Shown: positions 41,001 through 54,300 of the stretch, piece after piece
Layout: each line of letters opens with the position of its first letter
How positions within the stretch are numbered: position 1 is the first letter of the stretch
NCBI RefSeq assembly: GCF_000150275.1
Contig: NW_002060943.1
Span: 3,926,008 to 3,990,007 of the forward strand
Direction of reading: 5' to 3'
Length of the DNA stretch: 64,000 bases
From: Trichoplax adhaerens
Taxonomy: Eukaryota; Animalia; Placozoa
Notes under the pieces: model-generated
Database searches by the model: none
What the model was told of the DNA's origin: nothing
What the model saw: the letters and a program-made list of their open reading frames with translations, nothing else
Translations under genes and position numbers: made by a program

Positions 41001-42961
41001 ACCACATTGTAGACATTAAATCTGTAATATTTTCGGTAGATTTTTAGCATCACCGTTACATATATTCCTATTGCTTACGGTCATTTTCGAGACGGGTTGC
41101 TACATTGTGTTTCTATACAATTTTTACGATCGTTGTGCAATATTTTCGATTATAGAGGTGATTCAGGAATATGAATAGTATTTACTGTAACATGGAGTTG
41201 TATAAATTTTTTAAATTTTTGATTACGATAGATAGAGCCACTGATTCATGTAGTGGTATTGAGTAGTTTCTAAACGTTAACTTGTACTTAAGGCTTAATC
41301 TTAGATCAAATATTGATGAATGTCAAGTCTTTATTATTTATTCCGTTGTGTAGTCAATGTAATATTGTTGACCATTTATCCAGAAATTTGTGATTTGCAT
41401 AAGAGATATGAGCGACATGCCTTGCCGATTGACTGTACTCACACATTAATCCAATGTATTCTATGTAAATGAAGCTCGTGATCTCAGTTTTGGTAGATTT
41501 TAATTTCATCATGATTGATTGAGTTTAATGGAGACCTTTATTTTAGCGAATCTTAACTATCACTTTAAGTGACTAAAGGGTTATACAATGCTTCAATGTT
41601 GGCAAAGCTTACTTAACCTATATGCACAGTATTATAACACTAGCTATTAAGAACGTACTCAATTTAAGATTAACTATACGTAAATATCCATCTTCAATGT
41701 GTTTTTCAAAATGAATGTCCAAGATTATATTACTCGTATATCGATTTTCAACTAGCGCTCGCTCGCCTAAATTCTTATTAAGCCGGCATTCTGAAATCTA
41801 CTATATTGCTTTAAGTACAATTGCCATATTTTGTGGCATAACTATGTCGTATGGATCTGTTATTTCTAAATAGCAATTCCTTATACAATAGGTGTATTAG
41901 TACCGGAATACTCTACCTATAAGATTGATTCAAGACTGCATTCATGTTTGACTGATCATGATACGGAATTGATCATCTTTTTAAGTCAGTTGCAGTGGTG
42001 CTATTAAAATTTTATTATTGAATCCAACCATTCCCTTCAGTCTGACTCGTTACTATTTCATTTGCAAATTCTCTTTTGAGATGCTTTAAGACACTTTTAG
42101 TATACAACTACGGAGTATTGGGAAGTATAATTTCTACATTACACTGTATTTCTGTCATATTACGAGTATCGTTGTTGCCACGATGATAACTTTATGCGCC
42201 AAAAATTGATGGTACGGTATATTGCTAAGGTATTAACCGTTAATCATTTTTACGTAGCGGTGTTCGTTGGGATGAAATGAATATCTTGATGACCTATCAT
42301 CCAGCAGACAAGGACTATGGTCATATGAAGGTTGATGAACCGAAAACACCATATCGTTATGCAGATGCTGACTCGGAAGGAGAAACTGATGTCAAAGGAA
42401 TAGATCCTGCGACCTTAAGCAGCGAGTAAATTTATTTTAAAATCTACATTGTCATGTTGCTTCTTTTGGGTATAGTCTACTTTCTCTCCTCTGATCGCCT
42501 TACAATGATTAAAATATTGCGGCTTTCTTAGATTACATGGTACTTCTGATGATGCAAGTGGCTCTCGATGGGCTGAATATGACTCAAACGATGAGAACCA
42601 TGATGAACAATTAACACCTGAAGAATTAGGTGGGTTTCAAGTTGTTAGTATCAAGTTGCATATTATTTATATATGGTGTAGTGACCGGTAACATGATTCT
42701 ATTTTGTAGAACGAAAACAAGATTTTAAAAAGAAGAGATCGCAACATTATAATGAATATTATAATGTTAAGTTAGCTAGAGAATTGATTGCAAAGGTAAA
42801 TAGAACCTCCTTCCATTTTCGACTGGTTTTATATTTATACCTTACAACTGGTACTTACTGTACTACATTCTAATTAACAATGCTGATATCATTATGATAG
42901 TTTTGTGAACGTTTGCCTTTGCTTTTAATCTTAGGATCTGGAAGAAGAAGATGATGATTAA
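38077..42961 (+). CDS. PPP1R2: Protein phosphatase 1 inhibitor 2
   Basis: Exon 1 (38077-38180) with SILK motif; probable 15-nt microexon 38632-38646; exon from 42258 [32 protein letters not shown]; [19 protein letters not shown]; ends DLEEEDDD* (TAA 42959-42961). Confidence 0.95.
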
Positions 42962-43548
42962 CACCATATCGAATCAAATTTATAAAGTATTCAATATGAT
43001 TTTATCAAAGTTTGCACTGAAAACAATTTAATTTTACGACGTCTATTCACTCATTTAACCTCCAACCATTTAAGATAAACTCTTTTCGCCCCTATTGGAG
43101 CTATACCGAAAGTTTTACTAGTCTCGCAGTGGGCGAGGTACAACGTCTCCGTGTTGGGTAATGATTTCCTAAATAGCATTGGGTGTATTCAACTTTTATT
43201 CAACTTATTCATTTAATTAATGTAGATAAAATATCGTCAACATTATTTGTGTACTGTGGTACAGTAGAAAAATATATATATATATATATATACAGTATAT
43301 ATAGGATTTATTTATGAATTTTGGAGATTTCGTCCCTACTGTTAGTCAATAGTAATCATACTGTCTGCTTTATGAGAGAACAATAAATGACTAAATGCGT
43401 GTGATGAAGAGCAAAGAGCCTCTCGTTATTTTGAAATTAAAGTTATTGCCCAACTGCGAAATGGACTACGTCGTGTACTACCACTGCCAAGGCTGGCTGC
43501 CACCCAAAGCAGAATGAGCGCTAAAATGTACGAGTACTGTACAGTGTA

Positions 43549-43582
43549 ATCTTCTAGATTCTTCTACAAGAATCTAGAAGAT
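43549..43582. other. Perfect 15-bp-stem hairpin
   Basis: atcttctagattctt-ctac-aagaatctagaagat, immediately after gtactgtacagtgta. Confidence 0.9.
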
Positions 43583-44416
43583 GCAGAAAAGGATATCACT
43601 GTTTTTCTGTTGACTTTAATTACTGTCATCATAGACTTATCAATACGCAAAAGTTTTTGAGTAGCTTTCGTCAATAAAGGCGATTAGAACGTATGTATCT
43701 TTGTTGTTGTTCTATGGGTGTTTCTAAACAAGAGTAAAAAGACGAAGATCCAGCAGCTTTTCTTGATTTTATTCAATAAAATCAATAAAATATGAACAGT
43801 GTACGGACCATTGCAGCATTTTGGCCTGCATTGATTGTCGTCAACACACTGTTTCGTATAACAACAGACTACTATACTCGCTATTACTCCGTCATGGACG
43901 TTCTACTAGAACTACGTAGTAACTCACTAGTAGTCCATGACTCCGTCCACTGCAATACAAGACATACTGTCCTGTATAAATAAAATGCTAAAAATCAACA
44001 TGATTTGAAAAATGAGGTAAAATGGTGCAGCTTATGGAGGTATTGAATAGTTTGGCCAACATCGATTACTGTAATGCTATTTCGGACATGAAAACTATCA
44101 ATGAAGGTTTTCTCCATCGTAGGGGCAGGAAAATGTTCCACAAACATGTCGACAAAAGATTTGAAAATGAAGCGAAACGGTACGATACGGTAATGACACT
44201 GCAAAGTGGTGTACGTACAGTGTACAGTACAGTCCTGTGCCTACAGTATAATGCACGGTGCAAATTAGCATACGCTAATACAATCGCCCACAACGACAAG
44301 TGCATCAAACACTTCTCAAAATAATATAAATTACTATCATTGGATTAGCATAGTAAAGGATGATGATCCGTAAACATCCATTATCCGTATGGCATTGTCT
44401 TGCCCCAAAATAGAAG

Positions 44417-44427
44417 TTTTCCCGCGC
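44417..44427 (+). promoter_or_regulatory. E2F-type site ~950 bp upstream of the PKMYT1 ATG
   Basis: TTTTCCCGCGC matches TTTSSCGC; PKMYT1 is a cell-cycle gene regulated by E2F in vertebrates. Function here is inferred. Confidence 0.35.
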
Positions 44428-44467
44428 TATTTGGGCACGAGCTGATTTGTCATGATCTAAAAAAAAA

Positions 44468-44705
44468 CCTGTTGCAGACACCAGCGCCGGCGTCAACCAT
44501 GTCAGTGGTATGACCCATTCACGTGTCAGCCGCCCTACAGGCTGATACCCTATCATCAGCTTGGACATGACTGGTTGATCGCGTTGGAGCGATGAATCGC
44601 TTGACTGTGACTCACCGTTAGGGGTGAGTCAACCTTGGTGTGACCATTTCCAGTATCGTAGTGTACGTCGTTGAGCGTCTTGACGCTGGTGGGCCAATTT
44701 TTTTT
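44468..44705 (+). ncRNA. Candidate structured non-coding RNA (unassigned family)
   Basis: GC-rich island with several compatible stems, a closing stem caccagcg/cgctggtg and a T8 tract at 44698-44705; no recognised snRNA, SRP or RNase P motifs. Confidence 0.35.
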
Positions 44706-45379
44706 CTTTGAACTACAACAGCCATTGAAATTGGTTAGCAACTTATTCCTCTTTTAGCTTTTCCTTGCTAACAACATTGCAAGTTTCTTCTTGGCATTTC
44801 TGATCCAGTTTATTTTTTAATTGCAAGTGGGTAAAATTCTCAAGGGGAGTGTTGACAAGCGCATCCGTTTCCTTTGTTTGTTGGTGCTTTTTGGGCTGCT
44901 AGCATTGATTTTTACAAAGAGTCTTTGGTCATATTGAGTCTAGTTTCTTCCTATCATTGAGGTATTCTTAGCGTCTATTCCTTGACTCCTTCTATATACG
45001 GTGGATAAATTACTTTGAGTTGTCCTTGTTAAGTGTAGTGTGAAAGAGGAAACAAGTTATTTTTAGCTGTACATGACGTTGTTTGCTTTTTTGGCGATCA
45101 CTGCTTGATAGTAAATCGAGGACAGAGTACTGTAATTAGTTGAACGCTCCATGATTGGCGTCGACTAGATGACTGTGTCTTCCAGTGATGCCCATTTCAG
45201 TGTGGTCAATACAGCAGGTAAGAAGATATGGAAGTAGCCTTTAAATCAATAACAATATTTTTCCACAACTATTCACGTCAAGTGGACAAACGCAACTGCT
45301 GCTGATTGATCAAGACCGTCTTATTTAACTCTGATATCCTTTCTCATTGTAACCCATTTTGCTCATCAAGAGAAAGAAG

Positions 45380-48300
45380 ATGGAGAAAAACAATTTACCC
45401 TCATCGCCAGTGCGTATAATACCAATGCCAACATTTTATGATAACAGTCAAAGTCTAAGAAAAAAATCGCGTCAAAGTTATCAACTGCCTCCTCCTAAGC
45501 CTCCAGCAAAGACTGTTCCGCCCATTAGTCGAGTATTTCGACATCGACAGACCGATTTAAGAGCTCATTCTGTTAGCTTCAAAGGGCAAAGTTATGAGAA
45601 TAGTATCCTTTATACCGGTATTCAATGTTGGTATTTCGAACTGAAGAATGCAACCGCAACAGTAGAGCATAAAATTAGATGGATTAAAATCCATGGACTG
45701 TAAAATGATAATGTCTATTTCTCTAGTGTCAACTTTCAAGATTAACATAGTCGAAATACGAGATTAGAATAATTTGCAAGACCGAATCATGAACAATACC
45801 TAGTATTGACCGATAGACTACAATGGAAATAAGTTCAGGGACGTGATAGTATCTCTACTACCTATTGGATCTATCGATTTACAGTATTGATCAATCTGCA
45901 ACTAGATACAATGTACAGACTATCGAGATCGAAACCTACTTGGCTGTCTTGAAACATTTTATTCTTTAAAATATTGATAGTTTGGTTTAGCAGATCAGAT
46001 TACCATTATTCGATATTAGTATACTATACCGTATTTGTATAGTAATTATTACAAGTAGACCTTCCTCATTTATTCCTTAAAATATTGATAGTTTGGTATA
46101 GCAGATCATATTACCATTCTTCGATGTTAGTCTACCGTATTTGTATAGTAATTATTACAAGTAGACCTTCCGCATTATTGTACACGTATCTTATCGGAAC
46201 TACTTATTATTGTATATGATATTTTATGATCCTTGACTATTTGCTTACAGCTTCTGCAGTTGTCAATAGTCCAATATATAACAAGAACACCAATAGGTCC
46301 TATTTCGAACAGGTATGGCGAAGGTGTTTATCAACTGTATGGACAAGTTATTAGCACCCTGTGCTTGGGTTGCATTTAGAATTTTATCTATATTAGGACA
46401 TTACTGTTCTATCTAGTTGAGGCATAATTGAAACGATCAGAATATTAATCTCATTTTTGAGGATTTTAAACGCTTATTGGATAGTAGCCCTCAGTGAATA
46501 TTATAGACAATGCATTCTTGTAGAATATCAATAATTTTACTTCATTCTATTAATTGACAGAAAAACTGTAATTGTTTAAAGACGAGAAATTCTAAAATAC
46601 TGTACAAGTAAAGTCGAAGGATTATGCTGTACGATACCTTTTTTGCTATAAATGGATAGTGCATTTTATTTTTCTTGCTGTACTGGTATACTTTTGTTTC
46701 TGTTTTAACGGTTTTAGAAAGAGCTATCGGAATAACGTAAAGTAATTACTTCTCTACACAAGTGTGTATTAGTCATTAGAAATGATTGTTGGTTATAATT
46801 ATCCGTTGTTCATTAGTACAGTGCCGTCGTTTCGCAATGATTTCATCCCATGTCACAATCATTGTGAAAAATGAAACAAAATCGTAGATACCAATAATTT
46901 ATCTGAAGTAATTTATTCCGTATTCTAGAAAAATCGTACAATTACAACTACATGATATTCTTATTTAGATAGATCGAAAAGTTAGATTCCGATTCGTAAT
47001 GAGACCGCTACTTTATTTAATTGGAAATTGTCCAACATTGAAATAAATACACGTAATACTAATCTAACCATGAAAATCAGGCATTCAGTCTAGTTATATA
47101 GTACGGGATCGTCATAAAGAATAATCATGGCATTCATTTTTGGTAGTCTATTTAACAATAGACTAATCGTGGCTTAAACCAACATTCTCAATATTTCATA
47201 AATGATCCTAACTGCATAATTAATTTTCAACGTAATTATCGATGGTCTACTGCATCTCTTTGAAGTTATTTCTTATCTTTACCTTGATTAGTGTTTTGAT
47301 ATCGAAAAGCAATTAGGATCTGGCTCCTTTGGAGAGGTACGCCACGTTGTTGGTATAAATGCAGTATTTACTTATTATGGCACAATAATGCTCTGTGTTA
47401 ATGCTGTAAAATATTGATGTAAAGTAGTAATGCGGAAACCTGGAGCTAATTTAAATTTTGTAATACATATCTTATCACCTAACACTGATAATGTGTATCG
47501 TATTTTTCATGAGTAGGTCTTCCAAGTTAAAAATAAAGAAGATGGTCAATCTTATGCCGTAAAGGTATCTCGCGAAAAATTTCGTAACAATGCAGACAGG
47601 CAAGTAATACTTACAATGCAGCAAAAATAAGTAATTGGCCAAAACTAAGATTATATATTGATTCTGCAATTATGACTTACGAATTAATCGTATTATAAAT
47701 TTTAATCGTGACGTTCATTTCCTATCCCTCAATCATTCATTAGACGTCGGAAGTTGGCTGAGGTCGAAAGACACGAAAAATTACCAGCTCACCCTAATGT
47801 AGTCAGGTTTATTCGTGCATGGGAAGAAAAGTAATTAACTTATTGTGATTGTATTGCGGATTTCTTCATAATCATATAATTTAATATTAATACAATTTTT
47901 GTTGTCTTAATTTTTTTAGGTTAAAGCTATATATTCAAACAGAACTCTGCGCAATGAGGTTAGTCCTGTTTGATGCATCATAGAAATTGCTATCATCCTC
48001 GAACATGCGTGAATAACAGTATATTTTTTCGATGTATTTAGTTTAAAAGATTACGCAGATCAGCATCCTAATATCAATGAAGATACTATATGGTCGTTTC
48101 TTCTTGATTTAGCCCTGGTAAATGACGCCATTAAATCTCGTTCTCTAGATTTCGCTTTAGTTTTTTTGTACTTAAAAATAATTTCATGTACATGATTCGT
48201 AACATTATTAAATTTATCTAACATTAGGGATTAAAACACCTACACGATTTTGGCTCTGTACATATGGATATAAAGCCTGCCAATATATTTGTATCTAAGG

Positions 48301-50614
48301 ATCTAGTTTGTAAATTAGGAGACTTTGGACTGGTTCTCAGTCTTACCGATGTAATGCTATCTTATTTGGTCTCCTTTTTCTTGTAATAAATACCCAATAG
48401 CACACACTAAAGTATGCAATTTGACAATTATTTTTTTACAGATGAATGAATCAGATTGCCAGGAAGGCGACTCAAAATATCTTGCGCCAGAGGTTTTACA
48501 GGGAAGTTTTGGAAAACCAGCCGATATATTTAGTGTAGGAATTACCACGTTCGAGTTAGCGTGTGATGTTGAATTGCCATCAAGGGGCGAAGGGTGGCAC
48601 CAATTAAGAAGTGGAGAATTGCCTGAAGAATTTACTAAAGGTATATTCTCACAATTTAAAAGTCGTCACTTTGATCATATTTATTTTTAAATCTTTGTTT
48701 TTGTTTGCCATTATGATACTTAGACATTTCTTCCGAGCTAAAGTTGTTGATCATGTCTATGATCGATCCTATACCTAACAAAAGGTATTAAAATATTTAT
48801 TATATTTACTCCATTATCTTTTGTACTAACGATTATGTGGATTCTAATTTTCAATATTGCAGAATCACCGTTGATCAGCTGCTAGCTCATGAATATCTGA
48901 AACAGCTAAGGAATGAGCGTTTGCACAACCAAAATTCTCATGGGCATAGACTAGTATGTAATATTAGTTAACTAATATGTGCTATCTTTAAAGTATGTAT
49001 TAAGTACTTCTAAGTAATGCTATTGGAAGATAATTTATTATACGGAACTCATTATGCTTTTATGTATTCCCTTTTAGGAGTTACGTCTTGAAGGAGGTAA
49101 GAATTCCGTGAAAACCTGCTAGAATGTATAACCAGTTCTTAAAAATTAAGAAAGTACCGTACATTTGTTATTGTTATTAAGTAAAAGCCATGGATGAAAT
49201 TGATGATAAGCCAATCAGTAGCACACCACAAACTGAAAAACCGAACAGCATTGGCAATTCGTATCTATACGATAAAGATATATCAGACGGTAATAACGTA
49301 AAAATAAAATAAATTGGTATGGAGTGCAAGCTTTGCTGTGATTCTAAATACGGCTATAAGATAACTATTTTATGATATTATTACTTGTTTCAAATAACCC
49401 ATCGACATTCACTTATTGTATGATCCTCTATTTTGCCTAGCATTTATATATCTTTAATAGTTTATAATCCTTTCGCCGTTATAGATGAATCTTTATCAGA
49501 TAATTGTAAATCATTGCGGTTAAATCCTTTTACAAGTTTGAAACGATCTCTGGATGATGAGTGGGATAATGACGATATTTCATCGTCACCAGCAAAGTTA
49601 AATTTTAACGCAAGGTTTGTTGATTAATGGTATTGCAATTCTTTGTATTTTATGGTAATATATTTCGATCTCTCTGTAAGTTAATTAAGTCTTTTGTATA
49701 AAACATTATAATAGAACTGATATTACTCCTGCGAATCTGCCCTTTCCGAATCCATCAGTGGGCGACCTAAGCTGTAGGCTAAATTTTGATCATGTACTAG
49801 AATCAGTTCCTACTCCTAATCAACGTAGCAAAGTTAAAGAAAGGTAAAAAAATGCTACGATTTGATAAATCTTACTGACCGCGGACTAGCCATTAATAAA
49901 TAAGCGGCTATCCGTTTTCTTATAGTAATTTTTATTCACGCGAAAGGAAGCCTGCATCCAACACTAGTGAAGCTCGTTCGGGCGAGAATAGCTTCTACTT
50001 ATTAGATTTTGTATTACGACACAGTTAGAAAATGCTTTTATTAGTAAAGAAAATTGGAGCGAGTTTGCTTAACTGTAAAATAAGTTTATTCCTAGTACAC
50101 CTGAGCTCCTCCTAGAGCGACTGTAGTATTTTGGATTGTATTGTACTACGTAGCACATACAGTGTGACGGAAACTTTGAATTTTAATTTAACGTAAATGC
50201 AGCGACAAGTGCATGCTTTTAATATGAGGTTGGCTTCTTTGAAGGTGAATTTCTGACATTACGGTACAGTACTGTGTAGTATATTCTTCTACTATATTGA
50301 GCATTGTGTTGACATGAATTGATAACACTGACGTATATATACTACGAGAGATTTTTAAGTCCATTGTGCTACGTAAAATAGCTGCTAATTAGTGTGTTTT
50401 TTTGGTGGTGCTTTAGATCATACACACCGCACTCGGTCGGTAATAAAAACCTAAAAGAAAGATTTCAGTGTGTCGTTGAACCGAAAAACTTATTAGAGGT
50501 AAATTATTAATTGGACTAAATTTCAATTCACTATCTCAATTGATTACATTTATTGTATATTGCTTTGCTTACACTTAGGTATTTGAGGATGTCGCAATAT
50601 CTGATCGTCGTTAA
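45380..50614 (+). CDS. PKMYT1: Myt1 (Wee1-family) CDK1-inhibitory kinase, multi-exon
   Basis: [111 protein letters not shown]; last exons give [11 protein letters not shown], like the vertebrate C-terminal EPRNLLSLFED; TAA 50612-50614. Exon joins between ~49980 and 50417 are uncertain. Confidence 0.94.
45967..46177. repeat. Direct duplication (~110 bp x2) in PKMYT1 intron 1
   Basis: ttaaaatattgatagttt..ggt(t/a)tagcagatca..ttaccatt..taccgtatttgtatagtaattattacaagtagaccttcc occurs twice. Confidence 0.9.
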
Positions 50615-51354
50615 TTACCACATTTCCTCACATTTTTGGGATTATTTGATTTGGAATTATTTATATTGTATCTATGTATACACACTACACGTACATGGTG
50701 CCTTGGTACAATACCGCACATAAGAATTTGTTGAATTAATATGAAAAGCGCTCATTTATATATATATATTATAATGGAAATAGTATGCTGTGCTTATTTT
50801 TATTCGGTACAATTATCAGAATTTTGTAATTGTAAAAATTGATTCAAAATCATGTAAATACCTAACATCACGTCTTAAATTTAGTTCAACGCACATATTT
50901 GTATGCTATTCGTCTTGATGATATATTTATAAATTTACATATCATTAGATCTTATAGCAGGTTAGATATACTAATTTACGTAGCCCAGAAAGTTTCTAAA
51001 TTTCTGAAGATATCGATTTAAAATAAATAACTTGTGGTAATAGTACCTTGACGTCGTTTGTGACATTAAATGTCTCGTTCGATAACTGCAATTAATCATA
51101 ATTATGACAAACTGTGTGAACGATAGAGTATAGATTAGATTTTACTATCATTACATTATTAAATAATATCCATGAAGCTACATGTTATATGCGCAAGTAC
51201 ATACAGTTACTACCAATTGGTGAATAATATTACAGGGCTTCGAATAATAGCTGAGGATTGATATTATTAAATGCATTTACATTAATTTAAGATAAAGCTC
51301 GTAACACCTAGTAACTCCAAATTTCATGAATGGAACAAAGCCGAGACTTAACAA

Positions 51355-54300
51355 TCAGCAATTTTTAGGGATGGATTTTTGCTTTTCTAACGTTGCTTCC
51401 AGTTCGCGCTTTAGAGTCAACTACGAAAGAGAGTTTGATATAGTGAGTGATATTATCTACGTTTGTAAATAGATACAGTAGATAGTAATACAAACCAATG
51501 CAGCTTTTATTGCCCTTCTACGATCTTTAAGTACAGCTAGTTGCTCCTGCTTTTCGCTCTACAAAGGAATTATTACATCTTGAGTAAAAATAATCCATGC
51601 ATATCAGATATGCAAGGTGCTCTGACATTATGATACCTTATTTATAAGTAGTACCACTTTATTTAATTCAGCTTCCTTCTTGGCTATGGATGAAGTAACA
51701 TCATCAACTCTCTGCTTAATTATATCCATTAACAGCCTTCTACTATGGGCTAACTGAAATATTTAAAATCGTTTGCATTATTACATAGCGTGAATCGCTC
51801 ATTCTCGCATTTACATATCAGGTGTCATCTTCGTTTGTTTGTTACTTTGAAATAATATGAAACAATAAATTATATTCAAGCGAAATTTACTTACCTCATA
51901 TTCGCAGTATGAATCTAAATAAAAAAGAAAAAGATTTAATCTCCAAACAATTATACTTGCGCGTATATTGAAAATGTCAGGGGCTGTAAGTAGTCGTACC
52001 TTCAAATTTCATCGAAGATGTAGTATTATTACTAATGTTGTTATCATGACTTGATTCCGGATTTACGGTACCGGGCATGGAAGCGCAGGCTCCATTGATA
52101 GGTTCTTCCGGTGAACAATTAAACGAATCTAATTGGATTGAGAATGTACTACTATTATTACTACTACTAACAGCACCATTCGGCTCATGTTGCTTAGATT
52201 CGCACACTTTGTTGTATCGATCATTGAGTGCTTGATAACAGGATGAAGGATTAGTAAAAATAAAGTCAGCTGAAGTAAGATGTCGATATTTTTGATATAA
52301 ATCGTTCATGGTTTTAACATTCTCTGTAGGATTGCTATAATGATCTGATAAATGACACTGGCCAGTACAAATCTCTAAGCAATCTTTGGATTGGCTATAA
52401 ACAAGAAGAAAATTCGGAAGACTATGTAATTTGAAGTGAAATCCATCAATTAAAGTCTTATTTGTTTGCTTAAACTGAGTATAGTATACACCACCACGGT
52501 TTAACATAGCAGCCTCTAATTTAAAGTGTTCCTGCTCATTGGTAACTTTATTTTCGTTGACCATTACGTTATTTCCTGCTATCAAATAAAATGACATATG
52601 AACAATCAAATATCAAGATATAATTGACTGCACTGTATACCCAGAAAATATTTGTTGAAATTAAATCATAATACGTATATGATGATACTTACTTAATTCC
52701 CATTTATTGAATAATGAGGTACTCTCACGGGGCGACGACAAAATGTCAGATGATACCGCGGAAATATAGTCTACTGTTACTTTCTCTCCACCTCGAATCG
52801 GAAGGGGAGCACGGCTATCGTAATCTTTACTACTTAATTCCATAGGAGGAAAACCATAACGAAGGCGTTGAAATTTAACTGGAATACCAAATTCGGCTTC
52901 AATTTTATTCTGAAGCTCCACAAGAGAAGTTGATCGGTCAATAGTCATCATTACACTTTTACCACTTCCCGGAGTAGATATTCGAATTTTCTTGTTATTT
53001 TCCTTCTTAATATCGTCACTTATATCTGGGTGATCAGCTTTAGGACGTGGCAGATAGCCGGCCTCTTTCCCAGGCTAACATATGTATAGTGTACAAAAAA
53101 TGTTCAATCAAGATAGCATTTAAATTAATTCATTATTCCAAAATCATTTAACTGATAGAATTATCGACTATGCTAGATTCAAATGACAAAGCTACCTGTA
53201 ACTTCTTCGTTGAGACTTTTGTACTTACTTTCGTTACCGAGGTAGTTGCTAATAATGGTTGCTCATAGGGCGTAGATGGATATTTTTGCTGAGCATTAAT
53301 GACTCTTTGATCGCACGACCTATCTGACATTGAATTAAAATGTCTCATATCATTACGCCCATTGTCTTTTAAATTCTCGAACACTTTAGCAGCAAGGCGT
53401 TGAATAAGGTAATGATTACTACAGTAATCAGGAAAATTTTTCATAATTAGCTCTTTAGCGACCTGGAACGCATTGGAATTTTTACTTGGATCTGAATCAT
53501 TTTCAAACCAAGTGAATTGACTTTCTATCTTTTTTCCATGAATTTCGAAAGTTATAGGAATTCTAATGTAAATAATTACGCAATAGCTTAATTAAGTATT
53601 GCATTTATAGATTGATAATATTATTATAATTGTAATTTGTACGTCTATAGCGTAACATTTATACTAACATTTGAGGCAAATTATCGTACTCTTTTCCATC
53701 CCAGTAATGCTTATATCCACAACATTGAGAAAAATTAGGATCAGCTGGCGTTTTAGTAGTATCACCGTTACAATATGCAATGTTGCCTTGTCCACTAAGG
53801 CTGCGCATTTTGCCAACAAGGCATAATGGACAGTAGCTAGGTTGTCTAGTTTTGATTAGATTGAGACAATTGCCAATTACATCATAGCTAAAACTGGCTC
53901 TTCGACGGAACTGCAGTTTATAAACTTGACCAGATTTTAATTCTTCATGGCTTTGACGGATCCATTCATATATTGGTCCGCCTATACAACGAAAGGAGCA
54001 TCCATTACATTACAGTAATCAATGTTATTCATACCAATAGCAAGTTTGAAGAAAGTTTATGATAAAATTTTTAACTCATTACGTTCATTAATTCATTACC
54101 GGATTTCAAATCTGACGTAGGAAACCGAGCATTATGCTCCACTATAGCATAACAAGATAAGCATCTTAACAAACGACCTTCTCGGACTGCATTAGATGTT
54201 ATGGTAGCAATTTCACGAGGTTGCAACCATGTACTAGTGATATCACTAATAAAAAGACGTACCAGATATTAATTCAAATCAAATACTGTTTCATACTAAA

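Noticed and set aside
43792-44324. ORFs of 63-100 aa between PPP1R2 and PKMYT1
   Set aside because: No recognisable domain, overlapping on both strands and interrupted by pentamer arrays.
44608-44631. Telomerase RNA template (CCCTAAC on the minus strand)
   Set aside because: Only 7 nt, held in a hairpin; no pseudoknot or H/ACA domain evident, and G-U pairs favour the opposite strand.
44651-44705. U4 snRNA-like CAGTATCGTAG and Sm-like AATTTTT
   Set aside because: Flanks do not match U4 and the spacing is wrong.
49926-50028. TAG at 50026-50028 as the PKMYT1 stop
   Set aside because: Downstream exons (50417-50498, 50579-50614) encode the conserved [11 protein letters not shown] terminus, so the gene most likely continues.
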